From NCBI GenBank assembly GCA_951406725.2, contig OX597819.1, positions 55,056,001-55,120,000 of the forward strand: 64,000 nucleotides of DNA. Reading direction: 5' to 3'. Within the stretch, counting starts at the first letter, position 1. Every line of letters starts with the position of its first letter. The stretch is from Octopus vulgaris. Lineage: Eukaryota. The translations under genes and the position numbers were made by a program. Below are positions 52,981 through 64,000 of the stretch, in pieces. Under the pieces are notes generated by a model that ran no database searches, was not told the DNA's origin, and saw only the letters and a list, made by a program, of their open reading frames with translations.

Positions 52981-53229
52981 GGGATAGTCCAATATATGCA
53001 AATTTAAAAAGTGGGGGTGAAAAAAAAGAAAACAACAAAGTTTTGGGACAATCCAATGCATGCAAATATAAAAGATGTGTGGGGGAATCGAACGAATTTT
53101 AGAGTCAGTCCAAAATATGCAAATAAAGGCATATACCCATATTATGTATCCCTGTAAAAATAGGTTGAACCACGGTGTTTTCAGAGCTTCAAATGAGGAT
53201 TGAATCATTCAGTGGTACATTTCATTCTT

Positions 53230-53445
53230 TTGTTTTCTACTCTAGGCACAAGGCCCAAAATTTTTGGGGAGAGGACCAGTCGATTAGATCGACCCCAGTA
53301 CGCAACTGGTACTCAATTTATCGACCCCCGAAAGGATGAATGGCAATGTCGACCTCGACGGAATTTGAACTCAGAACACGAGGACAGACGAAATGCCGCT
53401 AAACATTTCGCCCGGCGTGCTAACGTTTCTGCTAGCTCGCCGCCT
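53230..53445 (-). mobile_element. SINE family A (tail-2 type)
   Basis: Full-length; apparent TSD agtggtacatttcattct / agtggcacatttcattct on the flanks. Confidence 0.93.
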
Positions 53446-53829
53446 TAGTGGCACATTTCATTCTGCGAGTTCAATGTCACAGATTTTGTTTTTTGTCTTT
53501 CTTTGATTTTTATGTTTTTCCTCTGAAAACTAGATTGCATTTACCAATCATCCGAATAAAATAAAATTTAATTTAATCTGAGCTGATGTAAATATGAAAA
53601 TCACAGCAAATTGTGAACTTATAATTTTCAGATCAATCTAGAGAGTTAATTTATAGCTGGCAATGTTTGGCTCAACCAGTTTATGCTTAAGTGCAAACCC
53701 CGCCGGATCGTCTGTTAAAATCTATTGGATCAATAACATATGGAGTTTAATAAAATCGTCAGTGCTTTTTCACTAAAATTTGAGACTATATTAGAAATTA
53801 TAGATTTCTATAAGTCAAGGCTCCAAGTC

Positions 53830-54050
53830 AAGGCGTATGGCTTAGTGGTTAGAGTGTTGGCTTAATAATTATAAGATTGTCGTTTCGATTGCTGGACTGG
53901 TTGATGCGTTGTATTCTGGAGCAAAACACTTCATTTCAAGTTGGTCCAGTCCACTCAGCTGGTAAAAATGAGTATTCCAGCAATGGACAGGTGTCCCATC
54001 CAAGTGGGAAATATATACGCCAGAGAAACCAGGGGACCGGCCCTACTCTC
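53830..54050 (+). mobile_element. SINE family C, diverged copy
   Basis: ggcgtatggcttagtggttagag...ccagtccactcagctgg. Confidence 0.75.
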
Positions 54051-54137
54051 CCTGCGGATTAATGTAGACTAACCATCATTGGCGCGGGACCAATAAATTT
54101 CGGAGAAGAGTACAAACGGTTGCTTCTCAACCCTGGT

Positions 54138-54377
54138 AGGCGGCGAGCTGGCAGAAACGTTAGCGCGCCGGGCGAAATGCTTAGCGGTATTTCGTCTGCC
54201 GCTACTTTCTGAGTTCAAATTCCGCCGAGGTCAACTTTGCCTTTCATCCTTTCGGGGTCGATTAAATAAGTAACAGTTACGCACTGGGGTCGATATAATC
54301 GACTTAATCCGTTTGTCTGTCCTTGTTTGTCCTCTCTGTGTTTAGCCCCTTGTGGGCAGTAAAGAAATAGGTATTTC
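54138..54377 (+). mobile_element. SINE family A (tail-1 type)
   Basis: Low-divergence full copy ending aaagaaataggtatttc. Confidence 0.93.
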
Positions 54378-55567
54378 ACTGATAACTTATTTTATTAGAT
54401 AAAAACAAAAATCAACCGAGGAGGGATTTGAACACGGGTTGTAAATGGAAGCAATTAAATACAAATTCTCATGGCAATTTCTCTAACACTATCAAATCTG
54501 CCAAACCACGCTTGAGACTGGCATCATTTCATATAATTATAATTTAAGCATTAGAGATTATTATTATTAAAAAAAAAGTGTTATTACAAATGAGTTCTTG
54601 TTTACTTCTAGGCCGTCCCTGATTAAGTTCACTTATAACCAGATTTTTCAATCATGACACGGTCACATCTTTCCTTTTTTTTTTAGATTTGTTTATCTGG
54701 GGTAATATTGTCCTTTTTTTTTCTTTTTGTAAGATATTAGACTGTCTTGCATTTTTTTTTTTTTTTTTTTGTAAGATGAAGACTTGTTATGCTATTTTTA
54801 GCAAGCTGAACGAGCGTGTAGACTCTTGATTAAATGCTTGCGGAAACGTTAGAAACAGTGGAATGTCTCAGTTTCATCTCTCCACTAAATCAAACCGGAG
54901 AGAGATTTTTATCCGTTATCTCTTTGCAAATATTAATACATTCATGTCAGTTCAGTCGACTATACTCCTTGGTAAATTTTGATTCGTGCCTGACCAAAAG
55001 AAATCATTATTAATCCCAAGATAAGAGCTGTGGATTGGTGCTGGATAAGGGCAGTTTCGCAAGCAAACAAAATGCTTTGTCATATTTAGCGACACCACTT
55101 TACTATCTGAGATCAAATACCAACAAAATCGACTTTGCTTGCCATTATTCTGTGGTCATATCAAATAATTTACTGGTCAAATATTGCGTTTGATTTAATC
55201 GATTACATTCTTCAGAGTATGTGGCTTTCAGCTTATCCAATTGATAAAGTACTGCGGAAAGCAGGATCAAGAAAAAAATTGACAAATTGCCTTAATTTCT
55301 TTCGTTATCTACCTTTATGTTCTGAACTCAAATCTCAAAGAAGTCAGCTTTGCTCATTCTTTTCAGATTCATAATGTAAAAGAATATGTGACTAACAAGT
55401 TCACCTCGCAGCCCCGGAGTTCCCGGTTTCGTTCCGTTGCACGGCACCATGTGCAAGTGTCTTTCATCATAACCTGGGCTTGACTAGTACTTGGTGAGTG
55501 GAATTTGGTGACCAGAAACTGTACGAAAGCCCTAATAACGTGTGTGCGCGCGCGTATATACAGATGT

Positions 55568-55652
<85 letters not shown>

Positions 55653-55978
55653 AAAGAGAACCGGAAAATTAGTCCTTTTCAAATGAAGTTCCTTGCAAAT
55701 GAAGTTCCGAGCTTTAGATATTCTCTAATCCCTCTTCTTATAGAAAATGCAGTGCACCTTAAACTAGAGGTAGTCTGATGGAAACCGGAAACCAACAACG
55801 CTCTTGTTCTGAAATTGCGCTTTAAAATAAAAAGAATTAAATAAGTACCAAAGTAGATTATACTTCTCCCTTAAAATGCGTGGTTTATGCCGCCTTAGTT
55901 TGAAATCGTTGTTTTAATCCCTTCAGTCACTTTGTCCAGTGTATTCGACAACTTTTCATAAATTACAAAAGAAATATA

Positions 55979-57205
55979 TCAGGTTGAGTAAAAAGTAAGC
56001 AACATTTTCAAACATGAAATCCATCACAATATATTTCAACAATGCAGAAATTTTATTCATTAGAGTAAGTACCATTACAATCAGCACAATTTTCTCAACG
56101 AGCTTCAAGTTTGTTTATTCTGGCAATGTAAAAACCTGGAGTTCTGGGGCTGATGAACTCTTTGAACGCAATTTTAACCTCGGTTTGATTTTTGAATTCC
56201 TTCTCTCGCAGGAAACCATCAAGGTGCTTCAAAAGTGGAAGTCGGTAGGAGAAAGGCCAGTGGAATAAGCTCGGTGGGGAAGAACTTCGCAGCCAACTTC
56301 TGGAGCGTCATTAGTGAAACGTGTGGTCGAGCATTGTCATGAAAAATGATTGACCTTCTTTTGTTGACCAGTCTGGGACGGAGGAGTAGCAGTTTTTCGT
56401 TCATTTTGGAAAATTCATGGCAATATATTTCTGCAGTAATGGGTTTTCCGGGTTTTCAGAAGTTATAGTGGATTAGTCTGGCAGTACACCACCAAACAGT
56501 CACCATAACCTTCTTTTTGAAGAGTTATGGTTTTGGGAAGATTTTCGGTATTCATTTTCGTCCAACCAATGCGAAGAACGTTTTTTTATTATTGTATAGA
56601 ATCCACTTTTCATCGCAAGTTACAATACAGTCGAAAAATGGATCGGTCTGATTACAGAAAAGAAGCGACGAGTAAATTTCATATCTGCGCATTTTCTGAT
56701 TTTCATTCAAATCATGTGGTACCCAATTGTCAAGCTTTTTTGATTTTCCGATCGCATGCAAATGGTTGCAGGCAGTTTTCTGGCTAACTAGAAGTTCTTT
56801 TGCCAACTCTCGAGTGGTTTTACATGAATCTTTCTCGATGACGGTCATCAGTGATATATGGGCGTTCACTACGCTCATGACCTTCAAGGCTCAGGTCTCC
56901 ACTGCGAAATCGTTTAAACCATTTTCGTGCTGACCACTCACTGGTCATATCGCGAACAATTTCAGCTGCTTTACGTCCTTTTTTTTGAAGTTGAATAATA
57001 AAATTGATCGAATATCGCGCTTTGACAGTTCCATTTCAGATGATTGTAACAACGGTGACAAAAATATCAATGTTAATTTATTGATGCATTTGGGCAAATC
57101 TATGCCTGTTATTACCAGACAAGTTTTTAAAAATTCAAAACTCTGTAAAAATCCGGTACAAATTCTTCTGGGTTCAAAACGTTGTTTACTTTTTACTCAA
57201 CCTGA
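55979..57205 (-). mobile_element. near full-length decayed mariner (~1.2 kb)
   Basis: TA-flanked TIRs tcaggttgagtaaaaagtaa / ttactttttactcaacctga. Motifs WVPHDL, IVTCDEKWILY and HDNARPH; several frameshifts. Confidence 0.95.
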
Positions 57206-57420
57206 TAAATTATAATTGAGTCACCCCTAAAACATATATATAACTAAGGCTACGTGATTTTGACTTAGTGTTTACTTACAAGCCATTGAGGATGGCTACG
57301 TCTTCTAATAAAGCTTACAGGTGTAAGTAAACTGGTATTTTTTTTTACCTAGTGTTAGCAATATTTTATTTATTCATGCCAAAATTTAAGCATATGGAAT
57401 ATTGAATTCTTAAAAAATTT

Positions 57421-57847
57421 ACTCTTTTATTCTTTTATTTGTTTCAGTTATTTGACTGTCATTTGACTGCCGTTTCAGTCATTTGACTGCCGCCATGCTG
57501 GAGCACCGCCTCTGGTCGAATAAATCGACCCAAGGACTTATTCTTTGTAAGCCAAGTGCTTATTTTATCGGTCTCTTAGGCCGAACGGCTAAGTTACGGG
57601 GACATAAACACACCAACATCAGTTGTCAAATGATGGTGGGGGACAAACATAGACATACAAACACACACACACACATATATATATATATACGACGGGCTTC
57701 TTTCAGTTTCCGTCTACCAAATCCACTCGCAAGGCTTTGGTTGGTCTGAGGCTATAGTAGACGACACACGCCCAAGGGGCCACGCAGTGGGACTGAACCC
57801 GGAACCATGTGGTCGGGAAGCAAGCTTCTTACCACACAGCCACGCCT
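57421..57847 (-). mobile_element. SINE family B
   Basis: Full-length copy with a stuttered tail (atttgactg three times). Confidence 0.92.
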
Positions 57848-58307
57848 AAAAATGAAAATTAAAAAATAGTTTTAGTTTTTTTATTCGTGACTGAAGGGGT
57901 TAAAGACCAACACAATTACCATTGACCTAAGTGAAGCGAAACCGAGAATTGTGAGGTTCTTTCAGCGACGTTCTCTAATGACTTAGCGAAGTTGTTTGTG
58001 CTATTCTTTTGAGTTTCGTACATCAAATATTTAATATTTATTGGTCACTTTATAGGGTTGTGTGATTAAAATGTTGATAAAGAATGGTGGTGCCCCAGCA
58101 TGACCACAGCTCGTGAGCTGAAACTAGATAAAATGAAAATGAAAAAAAAGGAAAAAGATCTCAAGACAATTTGAGAAAAAAAAGAAATATTTTCAACAAT
58201 ATTTTGAATAATACTAAGAAATGACATACATACAGTTTGTTGTGTAATTTTATTAGTAAATGAGTGTGTATGTGTGTGCGCGTGTGTGTGTGTGTGTGTG
58301 TGCGTGC

Positions 58308-58369
<62 letters not shown>

Positions 58370-58881
58370 ATGCGTGTGTGTGTGAAATAAAAGATGTTGA
58401 AATTGCCAGGACGAATTGAGAGATAAGAGACTTCTTACTAACCTGTGCCAAACGACACAATCTCTGGCCGTTATATAAAAAATATTCTTCACGATAACTA
58501 AATTCCAGGGTTTATACTTGTTATCAGATTCTAGACTTTTCTTTTATACATTTAGGCGCGAAGATTATGTTTTCTTTTTTGTCTGTCAACATTTATGGAA
58601 ACTGACATCAAAAATGATTAATTGGAAAAAAAAAATCAATAGGGGTTTTGATAAATTCAAGTATATAGTATATACCGCAGCTAGTTTTGGCGAATAATAC
58701 CAAATATAGTATTACTAATTATATTCGCTGTAAAATATGCTTGAAACGTGGAAAATAAATGTTTTGCTTGCTAACACAGACAGTGTAGTTCAATTGATCG
58801 TACAATTGAAAGCGCATTGTTGAACTGACGGAACATGCAGATTACCTCTCAATTTATGGAATGTTTTATGTGGACTGTAGA

Positions 58882-59125
58882 GGCGCGTGGCTTAGCGGTT
58901 AGGGTGTCAGCATCATGATTGTAAGATTATGGTTTCGATTCCTGGACCGGACGACGCGTTGTGTTCTTTAGCAAAACACTTCATTTCACGTTGCTCCAGT
59001 CCACTCAGCTGGCAAAAATGAGTAGCGCTGCGATGGACTGGCGTCCCGTACAGCTGGGGAACACATACGCCATAGAAACCGGGAAACCGGGCCTATGAGC
59101 TTGGCTAGGCTTTAAAAGGGCGCAT
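58882..59125 (+). mobile_element. SINE family C with short alternative tail
   Basis: Head as at 32868; tail as in 33250-33360 reversed. Confidence 0.85.
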
Positions 59126-59174
59126 TAATTTTTATTTTTTATGTGGACTATTAGATTTGGCGCACTTGAAAGAT

Positions 59175-59207
<33 letters not shown>

Positions 59208-59330
59208 TGTGTGTGTGTGTGTGTAATCATTTATGTATACATATTTATAGGCATACACTAATAAATATATATATATATATATTCTTTTATTCTGTTATAT
59301 GTTTCAGCCTTGATGCTGCGGCCATGCTGG

Positions 59331-59366
<36 letters not shown>

Positions 59367-59568
59367 AAAATTTTCTTATAAAGTATATTTTTAAGTATAC
59401 TTCACAATATATGGACTGTATTAAGAAGTGCTCATTGCGTGCTAAATCGAAGGATAAGGGAAATTTTAAGAGGATCAAATCCAAACATGTTTTAAAATGT
59501 GTGTTTAAAATTATGCTGTGAATTCCTATTGATTGCCTAGATTTGTTCCTTCTAAAATTTCCGTGATC

Positions 59569-59648
<80 letters not shown>

Positions 59649-59863
59649 CAAAGGGTAATCTGAAATATTAGAAATTTCCATTACCAGTGGCCTAGCCTGT
59701 AAAAATTTAGTCAATAAACTATATATAACTCGTATAAATACAGTGCACATTTAAACACATAAGAGGTATCCATCATAGGACTACCTGCACGCTAGAGAGG
59801 ACAGTTAAATTCCAAACCACCATTAGGGATAAACTTTCGAAAGGAATGAAAAATAAAAACATT

Positions 59864-60014
59864 TACCATCTAACTCCTGGACGAATGGTTTCAGACTGTT
59901 TTTAGCAAGTAAAATAATTTGCTAGGCGAATCCTTCTTCAGCAGGTACACCTTAGATTACATATTTGCTAAAAAAAAAAAAGTCCGAGACCATTGGTCCA
60001 GGAGTTAGATGGTA
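59864..60014. repeat. ~45-50-bp inverted repeat overlapping a hammerhead motif
   Basis: taccatctaactcctggac / gtccaggagttagatggta is a perfect 19-bp pair, extending imperfectly to tagcaa / ttgcta. Confidence 0.9.
59876..59945 (-). ncRNA. type I hammerhead ribozyme motif with extended helix II
   Basis: CCUG-CUGAAGA-[AGGAUU..UAGCAA/UUGCUA..AGUCU]-GAAA-C-CAUUC-GUC-CAGG. Helix I is CCUG/CAGG and the core is canonical; the 10.1-11.1 pair is A-U rather than G-C. Confidence 0.55.
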
Positions 60015-60041
60015 GGCTTTCATTTAAATAAAAAAAAAATA

Positions 60042-60197
60042 GGCGCAGGAGTAGCTGTGTGGTAAGTAGCTTGCTTACGAACCACATGGTTCCGGGTTCA
60101 GTCCCACTGCGTGACATCTTGGACAAGTGTCTTAGCCTCGGGTCGACCAAAACCTTGTGAGTGGATTTTGTAGACGGAAACTGAAAGAAGCCCGTCG

Positions 60198-60236
<39 letters not shown>

Positions 60237-60453
60237 TTGTGTGTCTGTGTTTGTCCCCCTAGCATTGCTTGACAGCCGATGCTGGTGTGTTTACGTCCCC
60301 ATCACTTAGCGGTTCGGCAAAAGAGACCGATAGAATAAGTACTGGGTTTACAAAGAATAAGTCCCGGGGTCGAGTTGCTCGATTTAAGGCGGTGCTCCAG
60401 CATGGCCGCAGTCAAATGACTGAAACAAGTAAAAGAGTAAAAGAGTAAAGAGT
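60042..60453 (+). mobile_element. SINE family B, full length
   Basis: Head through the (gtaaaaga)n tail. Confidence 0.93.
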
Positions 60454-60969
60454 AATATATATATATTCTAGATAGATAGATAGATATAATGACGTGTACG
60501 TTTCTATCACATAGATTTATGTGAGATCTTATCTCATTTTAATTAGGGTAAAAACAGCATTTTGGTATATTTTTACCTACATTTCATCAACGTATACGAT
60601 TGCACCAAATACTGTAGCGTGACTTGGAAGTTGTGTATATTTAGCGAAGAGATTCTCCTCTATTTGTTTACATAATTTCTGTTATCACATCTCACATAAA
60701 AAAAAAACAAAAGCAACAAAAAACATGACATGTTGTGAGTAGAAAACTATTGGATCAGCTAATTAATTTATCTGCTGAAAGTACTGCTAATCAGTGTTTT
60801 AATACAACGAATATGCGCACGCGTATACATTTGTATACATATACATATCTATCCATCCATATATATACATACATGTGTGTATGTGTATATATATATATAT
60901 ATACACATACATACACACACATATACATTTGTATATATCTTTATATCTATATCTATATCTATCTATCTA

Positions 60970-61011
<42 letters not shown>

Positions 61012-61543
61012 TGTATGTATGTATTTATACAAATGCATGTACGTATGTATATGTATATATGTATATATGTGCGTGTGTGCGTCTATGTATTTATGTGTGT
61101 ATATATATGTGTGTGTGTGTGTATGTGTATGAATAAAATATGTGGAATGGGTTGTACCTGCGTATAACCTTCGTATACACGTGAACGAACATATGTAAAC
61201 AAATAGATATAAATACGCTTATGTTTTTTTTTATGTCGTTTCTTTAGTTTTTTTCTCGGTTTGTTTCTCCTAACACACATAAATAAATAATATCCGACGA
61301 ATCTGTAAGTCTTGTGGGATTTTGGTTCACATTCTGGTTAAACGGCTCTGCCAATTTACCGTTTTATAATGTGTGTTCGTGTGTGCACACATACTTACAT
61401 ATATATATGTTCATACATTCATACATATACAAATACACGTACACACACACATACATATATACATATGTATACATATATGTATGGACATGTATATCAATGT
61501 ATATATATACACACATACACACACGCGCGCGCGCACGCACACA

Positions 61544-61785
61544 CAAATTTAAAGTAAACAGAAAATGGAGAAATATTAATCAACAACAATTGACTAACAT
61601 CGATTATTACTTTTTAATACGAATAGACTTTATCCCATCCAACAGCTGTTTCTGCTTCCGTGGAACATTGGAAGCAGAAACGGCTGTTGTATGGGATAAA
61701 GTCCATTTGTATTAAAAAGTAATAATCGATGTTAGTAAATTGTGGTTGATCAATATTTCTCCATTTTCTGTTTACTTTAAATTTG
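61544..61785. repeat. 242-bp foldback (116-bp arms, 10-nt loop)
   Basis: Arms 61544-61659 and 61670-61785 with 7 mismatches and no indels. Confidence 0.97.
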
Positions 61786-61829
61786 ATTCCGGATGAACTC
61801 ATGTTTATCTTTGGCATTGCCAGTAACTT

Positions 61830-62062
61830 ATTTTCTTTATTGCTCACAAGGGGCTAAACATAGAGGGGTCAAGCAAGAACAGACAAAGGAATTAAGTAGA
61901 TTACATCGACCCCAGTGCGTAACTGGTACTTAATTTATCGCCCGCCGAAAGGATGAAAGGCAAAGTCGACCTCGGCGGAATTTGAATTCAGAACGTAACG
62001 GTAGACGAAATACCGCTAAGCATTTCGCCCGGCGTGCTAACGTTTCTGCCAGATCGCCGCCT
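61830..62062 (-). mobile_element. SINE family A (tail-1 type)
   Basis: Head plus tail-1. Confidence 0.92.
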
Positions 62063-62280
62063 TACTTTGCCTGTAACTTATGGGCATAATATGCTTGCAT
62101 ATGTATGTCCAGGGTTGACATAAGTAATTATACCAGTAGTAAAACGGATATTTCTATCCCCTAGACGGTTATTCCAACCTCTAACGCTACTAACATTATA
62201 TATATATATATACACGTATATTCTTACACACCCACATATATACCAAATATATCTATCTGTATATATACACACATAACACG

Positions 62281-62321
<41 letters not shown>

Positions 62322-63129
62322 CACGTAGACAGTTACATATCGTGCTAGGTTATACTCTTCCATAAAATAAGACGTGTCTTTTAAATTAGTTCGGTGAGCA
62401 GAGAGAAATACGCAGGCAATCTATACAAACACATAATGTGATGCACACACACACACACACACACACACACTTCATTCCGTGATGCCATCGCGTAAACAAT
62501 TTAACTATATTTCACTGTTTTTTCGTATTATGGAAATATAACCACAACACGTTCTCCCAGTCTTAATTTTAATCTAATTTCAATTCAATTCATTGATTTT
62601 TTTACCACATAATCACACCAAGTTGCAATGTTTAAATAGATATAGCAGGGAATGACACAAGTGCCGCTGATGATCTGTGACAATGACGGAAATTAATGGC
62701 GAAGTGTCAAGAAATCTCTGTGGGATCGTGTAAGTGAAACAAACGGAACAATGGTCAACGACAGCATCGAATAATTATAATAGTAATAATAATAATGATG
62801 ATGATGATGATGATAATAAATGCTCTAATGCAGTACCAGGCAGTGGCTGTCATGGCTTCTTATCTTAACTGATTTGAAGTGCTGTCATGTACATTGTTTT
62901 GTCTTGGTATAAAAGATGGGCTACAGCAAATATTCTGCTCAATACCACAGATTTGCTAGTCAGTTGTTTGACCTTAACCAGCTGACCATGTCCCTTAGTG
63001 GCTGATGATATGTGCATCTCTGATCCTGAGCAGAAGTAGTGGGGGGGGGGCATCATACCCATGTGTTGAAAGGAATTCTTAGAGGTCAAGAAAAGTAATA
63101 GACAAAGCAAAATCCCAACAATGGCTGAG

Positions 63130-63935
63130 AAGCTCAGGACTCAAAGCGGAGACTGAAGGATTTTTAATTGAAGCACAAGATCAAAGCCTTCCCAACAGAA
63201 ATCACCAAAGACATGTAAAGAAAAGAAATATGAGTAACTTCAGAAAATGTGGTGATGGAGAAGAAACAATAAATCATATTGTCTCTGACTTCCCGGTCCT
63301 GGCTAAGAAGGAATATATTCACTGACACGACAAAGTTGGGACCTATATACACTGAAAGTTATACCAACACTGTGGAATAACAACAAAAAAAGAGGGTATA
63401 GGCACACTCCAGAAAAGTTCACAGAAAATGAAAAAGCAACCATACTCTGGGATATGACTACACACAGCTAGAGAAATTAAGGCCAATAGGCCAGATATAG
63501 TTGTTAGAGATCACCAAGAAAAAAATGCTTTCTAATCGATGTATCAATACCAACAGATGACAATGTTTCTTTAAAAGAAACAGAGAAACTTTCAAAATGC
63601 AAAGATCTGGAAGTAGAGGTAACTCGAATGTAAAGCCTAAAAACAGAAACAATTCCTATTACAGTAGGCACATTAGGTATGATAGAAACATTCAGGCAAA
63701 TACATAAGAAAAACACCAGGACTTAAAAGTATATACAACATACAGAAAATAGCACTACTACGCACCGCGCACATCCTACGAAAAACACTTTCAATACAGT
63801 GAAAATAAGAGCACCACAAAACAAATCACAGCACATACCCAAGGTACATAGAGCTGCGCTCGTCAGTGCAGTGAAAGTACGTGATAAAAATAAGACTACT
63901 GAATAATGACAAAAAAAATAATAATGATAATGATT
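63130..63935 (+). mobile_element. R4/Dong-like non-LTR retrotransposon 3' fragment (zinc knuckle and restriction-like endonuclease)
   Basis: GLKAETEGFLIEAQDQSL, RKCGDGEETINHIVS, ENEKATILWD, ANRPDIVVRD and FLIDVSIPTDDNVSLKETEKLSK, with stops and frameshifts. TAA-rich tail. Confidence 0.88.
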
Positions 63936-64000
63936 ATGAGGAGGAAGAGGAAGAGGAGGATTCTTTTTATTTTAGACACGAAGCTTGAATTTTTACGGGA

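Larger units (their letters stand above)
55918..57899. mobile_element. piggyBac-like MITE hosting a mariner and a SINE
   Basis: TTAA|tcccttcagtcac ... gtgactgaagggg|TTAA. Confidence 0.75.

Noticed and set aside
62660-62702. Plus-strand CUGAUGA...GAAA hammerhead
   Set aside because: Helix II only forms by consuming the GAAA, so the core cannot be completed.

Overview
AT-rich eukaryotic non-coding DNA made almost entirely of interspersed repeats and microsatellites. The SINE families and repeat density resemble an octopus (coleoid cephalopod) genome; this is my recognition, not a database result. No intact host gene, rRNA, real tRNA or CRISPR array is supported. Nearly all supplied ORFs are translations of simple repeats, SINEs or dead transposases. 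The window holds about five tRNA-headed or related SINE families (my labels A-E) and many decayed DNA transposons with recognisable TIRs/TSDs: mariner, Tc1, DD37D/maT, hAT, Chapaev3-like, piggyBac-like and Helitron. It also holds RTE and R4/Dong-like LINE fragments. The most interesting signals are RNA-structural. (1) Four minus-strand minimal type I hammerhead ribozyme motifs: two with canonical cores (13287-13332, 59876-59945) and two sharing an A6U variant inside a (TA)n-associated repeat. (2) Two unrelated ~240 bp foldbacks with near-identical geometry (115-116 bp arms, 10 nt loop); in one of them all six transition mismatches read as G-U on the + strand. (3) A multimeric SINE with two alternative tails and a reused junction. 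Coordinates were counted by hand, and the ends of degenerate repeats are approximate.
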